From positions 1,023,907 through 1,087,906 of the forward strand of contig OY970230.1 in NCBI GenBank assembly GCA_963714095.1: a stretch of 64,000 nt of DNA, read 5' to 3'. Each line of letters opens with the position of its first letter. Position 1 is the first letter of the stretch. Below are positions 22,782 to 32,085 of the stretch, in pieces. The notes under the pieces were generated by a model that ran no database searches, was not told the origin of the DNA, and saw only the letters and a list, made by a program, of their open reading frames with translations. A program made the position numbers and the translations under genes. This DNA is from Candidatus Gottesmanbacteria bacterium (GTDB lineage: Bacteria; Patescibacteriota; Microgenomatia; UBA10105; UBA927).

Positions 22782-23240
22782 ATGAAAATATATGAAGTAG
22801 GTAAACGGGGGCAGACATTGGTAGAAATGATAGTCATTGTCGGTATGGTGGTACTCTTGGCTACCGGTGTAGTTGTCGGAACAACGGTTTCGCTCAGCCG
22901 TTCGGAAACGTCAAAGGTGCGCAGCAACGCTGCTGCCTATGCCCAGTCCGGGATTGAACTGGCGCGCGCCCTTCGTGATACCAGCTGGGACGCTTTTGCA
23001 GCGTTAGGGACTCCTACCGCGAATACCTATTGTGTGGGATCCGACGGATCGTTTGGTCAGGCACAAATTTCGTGTACGGCATTTAATATTGATAATACAT
23101 ATGTTCGATCCCTTACACTTGAATTAACCATAGTTTCCGGCGTCCCTACGGTGAAAGTCACATCAAAGGTTTCATGGGGAGACGTAAGTAATCCGGCGAA
23201 TGCAATTCAGTTGATGACATATCTGACACAGTGGAAATAA
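22782..23240 (+). CDS. Minor pilin (PilV-like)
   Basis: G/QTLVEMIV. Confidence 0.85.
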   Translation: MKIYEVGKRGQTLVEMIVIVGMVVLLATGVVVGTTVSLSRSETSKVRSNAAAYAQSGIELARALRDTSWDAFAALGTPTANTYCVGSDGSFGQAQISCTAFNIDNTYVRSLTLELTIVSGVPTVKVTSKVSWGDVSNPANAIQLMTYLTQWK

Positions 23241-23245
23241 TCTTT

Positions 23246-23794
23246 ATGGCGACACATTCACAAAAGGGATTTACATTGCTGGAGATGTTAGTTTCCGTCA
23301 TTATTCTGGCGGTTGTCGCAATCCTTATCGTGCAGGTATTGTTTACGACGACACATGTCAATCAAAAAACCAAGGTCCTGAGTGATATAAAACAAAACGG
23401 AAATTTCACTCAGGATATTATCGGTAGAATGGTGCGTTCAGCCCAAACAATTGAAACATCCTGTGTAAACGGCGCAACGTCAGCGTCCGTAGCCCAAATT
23501 ACAAATCCCGACGATAATGTGACCACTTTTACCTGTCTTACGGACGGGAACGTTGCACGTATCGCATCGGTAAGCGCTGGAGTCGTTGTTTATTTAACTG
23601 CCGGGAACGTGACGGTAAGTAGTTCGGGTGGTGCGACCTGTGACGACAGTTCGCTTACGTTTTCTTGTCCGCCGTCAAGCGGAATTCAGGATACACTCAC
23701 CGTTTCATTTACGCTTGTTCCAAAGGGAGTTTCCGGCAGTGAGTATGATATGGGGAGCACAACGTTTCAAAGCACTGTAGGCTTGCGAAATTAA
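23246..23794 (+). CDS. Minor pilin (PilW-like)
   Basis: G/FTLLEMLV. Confidence 0.87.
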   Translation: MATHSQKGFTLLEMLVSVIILAVVAILIVQVLFTTTHVNQKTKVLSDIKQNGNFTQDIIGRMVRSAQTIETSCVNGATSASVAQITNPDDNVTTFTCLTDGNVARIASVSAGVVVYLTAGNVTVSSSGGATCDDSSLTFSCPPSSGIQDTLTVSFTLVPKGVSGSEYDMGSTTFQSTVGLRN

Positions 23795-23824
23795 TGTGCG
23801 GTTACTACAATATAAAGGGAGGAT

Positions 23825-24688
23825 ATGGTGTATAAAAAAGAGACACAATCAGGTCAGGTTGCATTGATGGCGCTTCTTGTGATGACGATTGCCGCGACGG
23901 TCGGGCTGTCTCTTATTGCGCGCACCACAACCGATATTTCCGTGACAAGAAACACCGAGGAATCAACACGGGCGTTTTCTGCAGCAGAAGCGGGTGTTGA
24001 AGAAACGTTAAGATCAGGTGTAGCCTCGTCCGGTACAATAGATCCGACTTATGGAGTGAGTTATACGGCCTCAATTACTCCCGTGAGCGGTACCGCGACA
24101 AGTCCATACGTATTTCCTCAAAAAACCTTGAACGAGGATACCGAAACCGTGTGGCTGGTTAGTCATTCCGCCGACGGTACGATTATAGAATCACCGACGT
24201 ATACTGCAAATACTATTAATGTATGCTGGAGCAGTGAGTCAACTACACCAGCCATCGTTGTCTCTATCCTCTACAAAAAGGCAAGTGACGGATCGTACAG
24301 GGTTGCGAGAAATGCGTATGATTCGAATCGTTCCCGTGCCACAGATTTAGTCACGGGAAATAACTTTTCCGCTCCGGTAGCTGCAACCGGCTGTCCAAGT
24401 ACAACCGCACTTGGTACGAAAATTACATTTTCTGATTATGGAATTGTTCCGGCCAATGACACTCTGATAGCCCTTCGAATTCGTCCGGTGTATGCCGGAG
24501 CACTTCTTGCGGTAGCGCCGGCCGCGGCAGTGCCTGCGCAGAATCTTCCTGTTCAGGGTAACAGCATTCAGTCCGTGGGTGTAACAACAAGCGGCGTGAA
24601 CAGAAAAATCACCGTGTATCAGCAATACAGGGCGCCGGAATCAATTTTTGATTACGCGCTGTATAGTGAAGGGTCACTTTCACAATAA
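23825..24688 (+). CDS. Minor pilin, PilX-like
   Basis: G/QVALMALL lacking E5; AFSAAEAGVE. Confidence 0.85.
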   Translation: MVYKKETQSGQVALMALLVMTIAATVGLSLIARTTTDISVTRNTEESTRAFSAAEAGVEETLRSGVASSGTIDPTYGVSYTASITPVSGTATSPYVFPQKTLNEDTETVWLVSHSADGTIIESPTYTANTINVCWSSESTTPAIVVSILYKKASDGSYRVARNAYDSNRSRATDLVTGNNFSAPVAATGCPSTTALGTKITFSDYGIVPANDTLIALRIRPVYAGALLAVAPAAAVPAQNLPVQGNSIQSVGVTTSGVNRKITVYQQYRAPESIFDYALYSEGSLSQ

Positions 24689-24703
24689 TAAGATTCTGCC
24701 CAT

Positions 24704-25726
24704 ATGAATTTATCGCTCGGACTTGATATCGGATCGCACACGATTAAGCTTATTGAACTTGGGTTTGAGGGAGATTCCGTGGTACTTTCAGCGGCCGGCA
24801 TCATGCCGACCCCGGAAAAAACATCCGGATCAGCGCAGTCAGCAGACGCAGAGAATATGGCTCAGGCCATTAAGATCCTTGTAAAAGATACGGGGGTCAA
24901 ATCAAAGGAAGTACACATTGCGCTTCCCGAATCTAAAGTTTTTACCAGGGTGATTGAAGTACCCACGCTCTCGCAACGGGAGCTTGCGTCCGCCATTCGT
25001 TGGGAAGCAGAACAATATATTCCATTGCCTTTGGATCAGGTGAATTTAGATTTCACAATACTGCGCGACTCCAAAGCGACTGGAACCAATAAGATGGAAG
25101 TACTTTTGGTGGCGGCGCCAAAAACGCTGGTTGACAACTATCTGAGCATTCTGGAAATTGCGGAGCTGTCTCCCATAGCTGCCGAAACGGAGATTATAGC
25201 AACCTCACGGGCGCTTACGAGGTCAGTATCCAATGTTCACAGTGTCATGATCGTATCACTCGGCGCATTGACTACCGATATAGCTATAGAAAGAAATGAA
25301 GTATTGACATTTACCCGCTCATTGTCTGCAGGCGGCGATGCATTTACCCGTGCGCTTGCGCAGAGCCTTGATTTCAACTTGACGCAGGCAGAAGAATATA
25401 AACGCGCGTACGGGATACAGCAGGACAAACTTGAAGGAAAAATTGCCGCTGCCGCAAAACCCATCACCGATACAATTGTCGGCGAACTGAAACGCGCGCT
25501 TATCTTTTATCAGGAGAAATATAAAGATGAACATGTACAGCTCGTTTTACTTTCTGGGGGTACGGCGCGGTTACCCGGCCTTGTGGAGTATTTGGCGCAG
25601 GCGCTAGGCGTCGAAGTACAACTTGCAAATCCGTGGGTCGGAATTGCCCGTGCGCCCCGGTTTAACGTTCTTACGACGGAAGGGCCGAATTTTTGTGTGG
25701 CGGTAGGATTGGCCCTCCGTAGGTAA
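24704..25726 (+). CDS. pilM: Type IV pilus assembly protein PilM
   Basis: LGLDIGS, WEAEQYIP, LSGGTA, AVGLALR. Confidence 0.95.
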   Translation: MNLSLGLDIGSHTIKLIELGFEGDSVVLSAAGIMPTPEKTSGSAQSADAENMAQAIKILVKDTGVKSKEVHIALPESKVFTRVIEVPTLSQRELASAIRWEAEQYIPLPLDQVNLDFTILRDSKATGTNKMEVLLVAAPKTLVDNYLSILEIAELSPIAAETEIIATSRALTRSVSNVHSVMIVSLGALTTDIAIERNEVLTFTRSLSAGGDAFTRALAQSLDFNLTQAEEYKRAYGIQQDKLEGKIAAAAKPITDTIVGELKRALIFYQEKYKDEHVQLVLLSGGTARLPGLVEYLAQALGVEVQLANPWVGIARAPRFNVLTTEGPNFCVAVGLALRR

Positions 25727-25733
25727 ACATAGT

Positions 25734-26279
25734 ATGGATCCCGCGAATAAAATAAATCTTATTCAAAACAGGACTGAGGTATCGCCGCAACTCGTGATGG
25801 TGATAGCACTCCTTCGCAGATTGAGTCTTTGGGTTCTGGTTATTTTTATCGTAAGCGGTATCCTCGTCGGAGGGATGTATTATTATTTCAGCATTCGCAA
25901 TGAGGAGTTAGCCGCAAAACAACAGCAACTGTCTCAGGTTATCGCACAAAGTACGAGGACAGAAGGATTATTAGTTTCGGTTACCCAGCGTGCTGCGTTG
26001 ACGAAAAAAATTTTAGATATCCAAAAACCTGTCGGAATGGTGTTTGATACGGTCGTCCAGTTTGTTTCTCCGGGGAAGATATCCAACATTTCGTTTGATG
26101 ACACTGACACCGTTTCTCTCATGGTTCATGTGAATTCAATTCCGGAGGGTATTTTCATGACTGACGATCTTGTGAACCTGGCTGCTATGAATCTTGTACG
26201 GAAGCCACAGCTCGTTTCTTTTTCGATAGGGCCGGATGGGAGTATTGATATGGGATTGTCGTTTGTTGCAGTATTCTAA
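25734..26279 (+). CDS. PilN-like protein
   Basis: INLI motif, single TM and coiled coil, follows pilM. Confidence 0.7.
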   Translation: MDPANKINLIQNRTEVSPQLVMVIALLRRLSLWVLVIFIVSGILVGGMYYYFSIRNEELAAKQQQLSQVIAQSTRTEGLLVSVTQRAALTKKILDIQKPVGMVFDTVVQFVSPGKISNISFDDTDTVSLMVHVNSIPEGIFMTDDLVNLAAMNLVRKPQLVSFSIGPDGSIDMGLSFVAVF

Positions 26280-26284
26280 TTCTT

Positions 26285-27016
26285 ATGCAGTTAAAAAGGT
26301 TTTTTCGCCGGTATCAAGCGCTGATTATTTCAATTGTAATCCTCTTGGTGTGCGGGTTTGGTTTTGCGATGGGAATAGTTCCGCTTGCGCAAAAAATTGT
26401 AGATTTGAATAATGAATTTATCACCTCTTCTCAAGAGGTAAACGGTTTGAACAGTAAAACAGCGCTCTTGCAGGCTGTGAATGAATATACGATGAGAAGC
26501 GATTTACTAACTCTGTTATCCGCTGTTCCTTCCGATAAGTCACTCCCGACAGTATTAAGCACGCTTGACGGGTTGGCCGCCCAGACAGGTGTTTCCTTGG
26601 ATACAGTATCATTGGCGAAGGGAGGCTTTCTCTCCACCGCGTCGGCAGAGCCATTAACTGCTGATGAACAGGCTATTGGAACGAACATTATACCGTTTAC
26701 GGTAGGTTTTACAGGGACATTCGATCAGGTTCATGCATTTTTGACGGCAAGCACATCAGTTCGCCGGTTGTTCCGTGTTCAGACATTTGATGTTTCATTT
26801 GGTCAGGACAATACGGTAGCAGCTAACGTTTCGATGGAAGCCTTTTACTCCCCTCTTCCCACAGCAATCGGCGCTGTTGGTCAGCCGATTACCAGTTTAT
26901 CGGGTACGGACGCACGCGTCATTGCATCGGTGTCTGCGATGCAACTATTGGTGCAGCCATCCTCATTGCCTCCGCCATCAGGAGGGGCCGGCAAATCCGA
27001 CCCGTTCAGCTTATAG
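26285..27016 (+). CDS. PilO-like protein
   Basis: TM, coiled coil, AVPSD, GTFDQVHAFL...RL, C-terminal DPF. Confidence 0.75.
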   Translation: MQLKRFFRRYQALIISIVILLVCGFGFAMGIVPLAQKIVDLNNEFITSSQEVNGLNSKTALLQAVNEYTMRSDLLTLLSAVPSDKSLPTVLSTLDGLAAQTGVSLDTVSLAKGGFLSTASAEPLTADEQAIGTNIIPFTVGFTGTFDQVHAFLTASTSVRRLFRVQTFDVSFGQDNTVAANVSMEAFYSPLPTAIGAVGQPITSLSGTDARVIASVSAMQLLVQPSSLPPPSGGAGKSDPFSL

Positions 27017-27032
27017 GGGTAGACAGCTAATT

Positions 27033-27449
27033 CTATTTTCCAAACAAATACAGCCCTTTTGATTTGAAGTATTTTTTAACCTCTTTTGTTGTGAAGAAAT
27101 AGATATTGAATGCAGCTAAGCACAACCCAATAATTTTCGCGATAACATGAATTATATCTTGAGGGAAAGTAAGCATGAGGTAAACTAGGTGTAGTGAATT
27201 TAAAACTACCATTATCGGTACTAGCCACGGTTGTTTTGTTTTTAACCCCCAATAAAATGCAAAACACATTATTAATCCGGGAATCTGGAAAATAATACTG
27301 ATTAAGGGAGAAGGTGTTTTGGCGGGTGATCCGAAATTTAACAAATAAATTATAGCTAAAATTAATAGCAGCAATACAATAGATGTTACGAGATAGAGAT
27401 ACTTCAATACGTTTACTACAGTCTTAATATTTTTTTCTGATAATTTCAT
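27033..27449 (-). CDS. AT-rich 4-TM hypothetical membrane protein
   Basis: Four hydrophobic segments; ends KEVKKYF; GC clearly below neighbours. Confidence 0.65.
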   Translation of the reverse strand: MKLSEKNIKTVVNVLKYLYLVTSIVLLLLILAIIYLLNFGSPAKTPSPLISIIFQIPGLIMCFAFYWGLKTKQPWLVPIMVVLNSLHLVYLMLTFPQDIIHVIAKIIGLCLAAFNIYFFTTKEVKKYFKSKGLYLFGK

Positions 27450-27471
27450 AGTTATACGTATATCACGCCAT

Positions 27472-28137
27472 TTATGGGTGAACAATAAGATCCGGGCGGA
27501 AAGTTTTGGTGCGTTTCAATGCTTCGGACTTTCTCCATTCATCAATTTTTTTATGGTTTCCGGAGAGAAGGACCGGAGGGACAACAATTCCGTTGTATTC
27601 TTGCGGCTCCGTATATTGGGGATATTCGAGGGTCGGCTCGGTAAATGATTCGTGGATGGTGGCTTCCGGTTTTGCAAGAACTCCGGGGATAAGCCTTGTC
27701 ACACTATCGACCAACACCATTGTCGGGATTTCTCCGCCGGTAAGAACGTAATCGCCGATGGAAATTTCTTCATCAACAAGGCTGCGGATCCGATGATCGA
27801 CGCCCTCATAGTGTCCGCAGATGAGAATAAGATGGTCCAGCATGCTGAGTTCTTTCGTTTTTGATTGTTTGTACGGAGTTCCTCCAGCATCAAGCAAAAT
27901 GGTGTGGCCTTTTTTGATACTTTTCAGTGCCCTATCAACAACGTCAACCCGCAATATCATACCCACGCCGCCGCCGTATGGATGGCCGTCAACGGTTTTG
28001 TAGGTATCAGCGGCGAAATCGCGGATATTAACGAAGTCGATCATGAGGAATTTTTTATCGATTGCGCGTTTGATAATAGATTCACAGAAAGGACCCTCAA
28101 ACATGTCGGGGAAAAGGGTCAGGATGGAGATATGCAT
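27472..28137 (-). CDS. trmD: tRNA (guanine37-N1)-methyltransferase
   Basis: TLFPDMF, PYGGGVGM, CGHYEGVD, SIGDYVLTGGE; start ATG 28137. Confidence 0.97.
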   Translation of the reverse strand: MHISILTLFPDMFEGPFCESIIKRAIDKKFLMIDFVNIRDFAADTYKTVDGHPYGGGVGMILRVDVVDRALKSIKKGHTILLDAGGTPYKQSKTKELSMLDHLILICGHYEGVDHRIRSLVDEEISIGDYVLTGGEIPTMVLVDSVTRLIPGVLAKPEATIHESFTEPTLEYPQYTEPQEYNGIVVPPVLLSGNHKKIDEWRKSEALKRTKTFRPDLIVHP

Positions 28138-28138
28138 G

Positions 28139-28375
28139 TTACTCTTCTTCCGCAAGTACAACGTCAACGTACACACCTTGCTTTGCGGCCATAAGTTTAA
28201 TAAGGTCCCGAAGTGCGCGGATGATGCGTCCGCTTTTGCCGATAATCTTCCCAAAATCCTCCTGGTTTGCGTGAATTGTGAGCGTCGTTCTGTCCTCGGC
28301 AACTGTTTCGTCAACAACGATGTCATCGGGGTGTTCTACGATTCGGGAAAGTAAAAAAAGAAGCGTATCTTTCAT
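28139..28375 (-). CDS. khpA: KH-domain RNA-binding protein
   Basis: DFGKIIGKSGR; sits between rpsP and trmD. Confidence 0.9.
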   Translation of the reverse strand: MKDTLLFLLSRIVEHPDDIVVDETVAEDRTTLTIHANQEDFGKIIGKSGRIIRALRDLIKLMAAKQGVYVDVVLAEEE

Positions 28376-28380
28376 GGTTT

Positions 28381-28608
28381 TTATCCCTTTAAGAGACGAC
28401 TGACCGCCGGCGTCACCTGAGCGCCTTTACTTTGCCAGTACGCGATGCGTTCGCGGTCTATGACGATTGCGGGAGGCTTTACCAACGGGTTAAAATGCCC
28501 TAAATTTTCGATTGCCTTGCCGTCGCGGCGTTTACCTTCCTCGATTGCAATAATCCGGTATGTTTTACGGTTTGTGGTGCCGGTTTGGGTGAGACGAATT
28601 TTTACCAT
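28381..28608 (-). CDS. rpsP: 30S ribosomal protein S16
   Basis: MVKIRL, YRI, RDGKAIE, GAQVT. Confidence 0.96.
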   Translation of the reverse strand: MVKIRLTQTGTTNRKTYRIIAIEEGKRRDGKAIENLGHFNPLVKPPAIVIDRERIAYWQSKGAQVTPAVSRLLKG

Positions 28609-28620
28609 ACGCTGATGATA

Positions 28621-29307
28621 TCAGATTTTACCCATCTTCTCAAGAGCGGCAAGGGCGGCGGCTTGCTCTGCTTCCTGCTTTGATTTGCCGGATCCGCTGC
28701 CGAGGGTTGCGTCTGCCGCCCGCGCTTCGACCCAGAACGTGCGTGCGTGATCCGGTCCCTCGCTTTTCACGACATGATATGTCGGTGATACACGGGAGTT
28801 TTCCTGGATGAGCTCCTGAAGTAAGCTTTTGTAATCGATATACGATTTGGTTGCAATAATTTCTGCGGCATTGGGAAACAAGTTTGTTTCGAGAAATTTC
28901 CGTGCGGTTTCCAGCCCCTGGTCAAGATACAGCGCTCCCAGGAGCGCCTCAAATACGTCCGCCAGAAGCGATTGGTTTGTGCGTCCTCCGGAAGCCTCCT
29001 CGCCGTGGCTTAAGAATAAAAGTTCCCCCAGCCCCAGAGATTTGGAAATATCCGAAAGACTCGTCGTTTTGACAAGACTCGACCGGATATTGGTCAGTAT
29101 TCCTTCCGGATACTGGGGATATGTTTTGTACAGATAGTGTGAGGTTAAAAGGGATAACACAGAATCTCCTAAAAATTCCAGACGCTCATTGGACATATGG
29201 ATTTTTTTAACTTCGTTAAGATATGAACGGTGAACAAATGCAAGTTTCAGAAGTTCCGGATCCGTGAACGTAACACCGATTTTTTTCTGTAATTCTTCAA
29301 ATGTCAT
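28621..29307 (-). CDS. rnc: Ribonuclease III
   Basis: NERLEFLGDSVL, DVFEALLGA, dsRBD. Confidence 0.97.
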   Translation of the reverse strand: MTFEELQKKIGVTFTDPELLKLAFVHRSYLNEVKKIHMSNERLEFLGDSVLSLLTSHYLYKTYPQYPEGILTNIRSSLVKTTSLSDISKSLGLGELLFLSHGEEASGGRTNQSLLADVFEALLGALYLDQGLETARKFLETNLFPNAAEIIATKSYIDYKSLLQELIQENSRVSPTYHVVKSEGPDHARTFWVEARAADATLGSGSGKSKQEAEQAAALAALEKMGKI

Positions 29308-29657
29308 GATATTGATTTTAGAATTGTTCCCAATACACCGTTGACGAATTGCCCGCTGTGCTCGTTCCCGTATTCCTTTGCAAGCTCGATTGCCTCATCG
29401 ATAACGACTTTCGGAGGTTCCTTCTTATCGACCGTCAGTTCAAATACGGCAAGCCGCAACACCGCTAAATCAATTTTGGCAATTTTATCAACCGGCCATT
29501 CGGGGGCTGCCGCGTGTATTCGCGCATCGACATCCGGTAACGCCGCGATCATAGGTTCAATATCAACATTCACCTGATTGGAATCAAAACTATAGGAAAA
29601 AAGTTTATCCATGAGCGTTCGCCTGTGTTGGTGTCTGGGGTCGTTTGAAGTCTTCAT
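29304..29657 (-). CDS. nusB: Transcription antitermination factor NusB
   Basis: DLAVLRLA, VIDEAIELAK, FVNGVL. Confidence 0.93.
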   Translation of the reverse strand: MKTSNDPRHQHRRTLMDKLFSYSFDSNQVNVDIEPMIAALPDVDARIHAAAPEWPVDKIAKIDLAVLRLAVFELTVDKKEPPKVVIDEAIELAKEYGNEHSGQFVNGVLGTILKSIS

Positions 29658-29664
29658 TGGTAGG

Positions 29665-29727
29665 TATCAGGAGTATCAAATGTATCAAAGCTTTATTATT
29701 TTTGACACATGTGACACTTTTGATACT
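29665..29727. repeat. Imperfect palindrome made of short GTATCA/TGA(C/T)AC subrepeats
   Basis: gtatcag-gagtatcaaa-tgtatcaaag mirrored by tttgacac-atgtgacac-ttttgatac. Confidence 0.65.
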
Positions 29728-29930
29728 TAGGATTTCTTTTTTGTCTTTACAATTTTTTGTTTTACCACTTCTTTTCCGCCGTAAAAGCCGCAATATTTGC
29801 ATGCCCGGTGCGGCATTCTCGGTTTGCCGCAGTTTTTGCACACGAGTATTTTGGGTAATCCCAATTTAATGGCAGCTTGTCGTTTGCCGCCCCTTCGTGT
29901 ACTATGCCGTCTTTTTGGTAATGGAGCCAT
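29727..29930 (-). CDS. rpmF: 50S ribosomal protein L32
   Basis: PKRRHS, CxxC...HRACxxCGFY. Confidence 0.95.
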   Translation of the reverse strand: MAPLPKRRHSTRRGGKRQAAIKLGLPKILVCKNCGKPRMPHRACKYCGFYGGKEVVKQKIVKTKKKS

Positions 29931-29933
29931 ATA

Positions 29934-31958
29934 TTAGTCTTTACTGACCTCCTGTATTGTACTCTTTTTGGCAATCCCCCTCAAGAGGGGAAACGCAGTA
30001 AAATCCGGATCCTTGTCAGATATTTTTTTGAGAGCCTCCTGAGTTTCATTCATTGTTTTCATATCCGTAAATGTTGCGATTTTCAAATGCGGCATGCCGT
30101 GCTGTCGCGTGCCGAATACTTCGCCGGGGCCACGAAGTCGTAAATCAACCTCAGAAAGTTCCGGTCCGCTGTGGATCATCTCGAGTGCTTTCAGGCGGGT
30201 GAGCGATTTTTCGTCGGTTGATTCAGTGAACAGGAGGCAGTAGGATTGCAGGCTCCCCCGCCCCACCCGGCCGCGCAGCTGATGCAGTTGTCCCAGACCA
30301 AAGCGGTCGGCTCCTTCCACGACCATCATGGAAGCGTTGGCGATATCAATCCCTACTTCCACAACCGGGGTGGCGACAAGAATCATCGTTTTTTTCTTCC
30401 GGAAATTTTCAAGTACTGCGGTTTTTTCTGCCGGCTTCAGTCGGCCGTGTAATAGCCCTACGGCCACTCTCGGAAATATTTTCTTTACTTTTTCGTATTC
30501 GCTTTTAACGGCTTTCACATCGATAAGTGTTTCAGAATCCTCGATTAAGGGACAAATGATAAATACCTGGCCCCCGGTTTCAGTGATTTGTTTTTGAATC
30601 CATTGATACGCTCCGGCGCGTTTTGCCGTCGGCACAACCCATGTTTTAATGATCCGGCGGCCTTTGGGCATTTGGGATAAGACTGAAATTTCCGTATTTC
30701 CTAATAACGTTTTGGCAATTGTCCGAGGAATAGGAGTTGCGGTCATGGTGAGAAAATGTGGTGACTGACTGCCGCCAGGCAGGCGTGTGTTTTCAACGGT
30801 AAGAAGCGCACGCTGCGCGACACCAAATCTATGTTGTTCATCAATAACAACAAGACCGAGTTTTTTAAACATGGTTTGTTTTGTGAGCAGGGCATGGGTT
30901 CCAACGAGGATGTCACCGGTTTCTTTTGAATCACTTGTGACTAATCCGATTTGTATTCCGAGCGGTTTTAAAAGCTTTGAAATTGTTTCATAATGTTGTT
31001 GGGCTAAAATGACTGTTGGTGCCATCAGAATCGATTGCAGGCCATGTGCGGCCGCAGCATACATCGCTGTTGCTGCCACGACTGTTTTCCCGCTTCCCAC
31101 GTCGCCAACCAGTAGTCTGTTCATCGGTACGGATTTTTGTACATCTTCAAGAATTTCGGCAATTGCACGATTTTGATCATCTGTCAGTTTAAACGGGAGT
31201 GACGGAATATTTATCGGAGGAATTTTTATTGCTTTTTGAGTTTTTTGCCACATTCGTTTCTGTTCGTATGCCGTCAGTTGTAATAAAAACACTTCATCAA
31301 ATGCAATCCGGCGTCGGCCGCGTTCAATCGCCTCTTTGTTTTCAGGAAAGTGGACCGCGCGGAGGGCTTCCGATAAACCCATAAGCCGGTAGTCAGTTCT
31401 TGTCTCGTTCGGCAAAAAATCCTCCATTGTCGGCAGTATTGTTTCCAGTAGAAATGCAATCCTGGTGCGGAGCCATTTACTTGACACCCCTTCGGTTTCC
31501 GGGTAAACCGGTACGAGTCTTCCGGTGTGCAGGGACACATTGCTCGCTCCGGAAGTTATTTCGTATTGCGGACTTGTCATGACGAGTTTATTCCCAAACC
31601 ACCCTATTTCGCCGGACAGATGAACCGTATCGCCGGGATGAAGTATCTTTACAAGATACGTCTGATTAAACCAAATGATCGTTAATTTCCCCGTTTCATC
31701 AGAGACAGTTGCCTCCTGGATTTTTTTACCTGTTTTGGTAAAAAAGTTTTTTATGCTTTGGATAGTCGCGTTGATTGTGACGGTATCTCCTGGCCGGACA
31801 CTTGAAATTGGTAAAACAACGGAAAAATCATCGTAGCGGAACGGCACGTGATACAGAAGATCACGGACGGTATAAATTTCTAAATTTGACAGCCTATCCG
31901 CCATCACCGGTCCGATATGAGGAACGTAGCGTACGGGACTATCTAGAGTCAATTCCAT
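29934..31958 (-). CDS. recG: ATP-dependent DNA helicase RecG
   Basis: GDVGSGKT, DEQHRFGVAQR, TATPIPRT, QLRGRVGRG. Confidence 0.97.
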   Translation of the reverse strand: MELTLDSPVRYVPHIGPVMADRLSNLEIYTVRDLLYHVPFRYDDFSVVLPISSVRPGDTVTINATIQSIKNFFTKTGKKIQEATVSDETGKLTIIWFNQTYLVKILHPGDTVHLSGEIGWFGNKLVMTSPQYEITSGASNVSLHTGRLVPVYPETEGVSSKWLRTRIAFLLETILPTMEDFLPNETRTDYRLMGLSEALRAVHFPENKEAIERGRRRIAFDEVFLLQLTAYEQKRMWQKTQKAIKIPPINIPSLPFKLTDDQNRAIAEILEDVQKSVPMNRLLVGDVGSGKTVVAATAMYAAAAHGLQSILMAPTVILAQQHYETISKLLKPLGIQIGLVTSDSKETGDILVGTHALLTKQTMFKKLGLVVIDEQHRFGVAQRALLTVENTRLPGGSQSPHFLTMTATPIPRTIAKTLLGNTEISVLSQMPKGRRIIKTWVVPTAKRAGAYQWIQKQITETGGQVFIICPLIEDSETLIDVKAVKSEYEKVKKIFPRVAVGLLHGRLKPAEKTAVLENFRKKKTMILVATPVVEVGIDIANASMMVVEGADRFGLGQLHQLRGRVGRGSLQSYCLLFTESTDEKSLTRLKALEMIHSGPELSEVDLRLRGPGEVFGTRQHGMPHLKIATFTDMKTMNETQEALKKISDKDPDFTAFPLLRGIAKKSTIQEVSKD

Positions 31959-31979
31959 GGGTATATTATACCGCGAAGT

Positions 31980-32084
31980 TTACCTGAGCGAGAGAAGCGG
32001 TAAAAAAGAACTCGCGATAAGGCCGAGTGACGCCACAACAATAACTACTTTCCAAAATGTTTCGTGTTTCCGAAAAAAGTTCAT
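31980..32084 (-). CDS. 34-aa single-TM small protein (not in ORF track)
   Basis: MNFFRKHETFWKVVIVVASLGLIASSFLPLLSLR*; starts 1 nt after tyrS stop. Confidence 0.6.
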   Translation of the reverse strand: MNFFRKHETFWKVVIVVASLGLIASSFLPLLSLR

Positions 32085-32085
32085 A

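Noticed and set aside
27472-28608. Absence of rimM and rplS from the rpsP-trmD cluster
   Set aside because: Cannot tell loss from relocation within one window; rearrangement is common in reduced genomes
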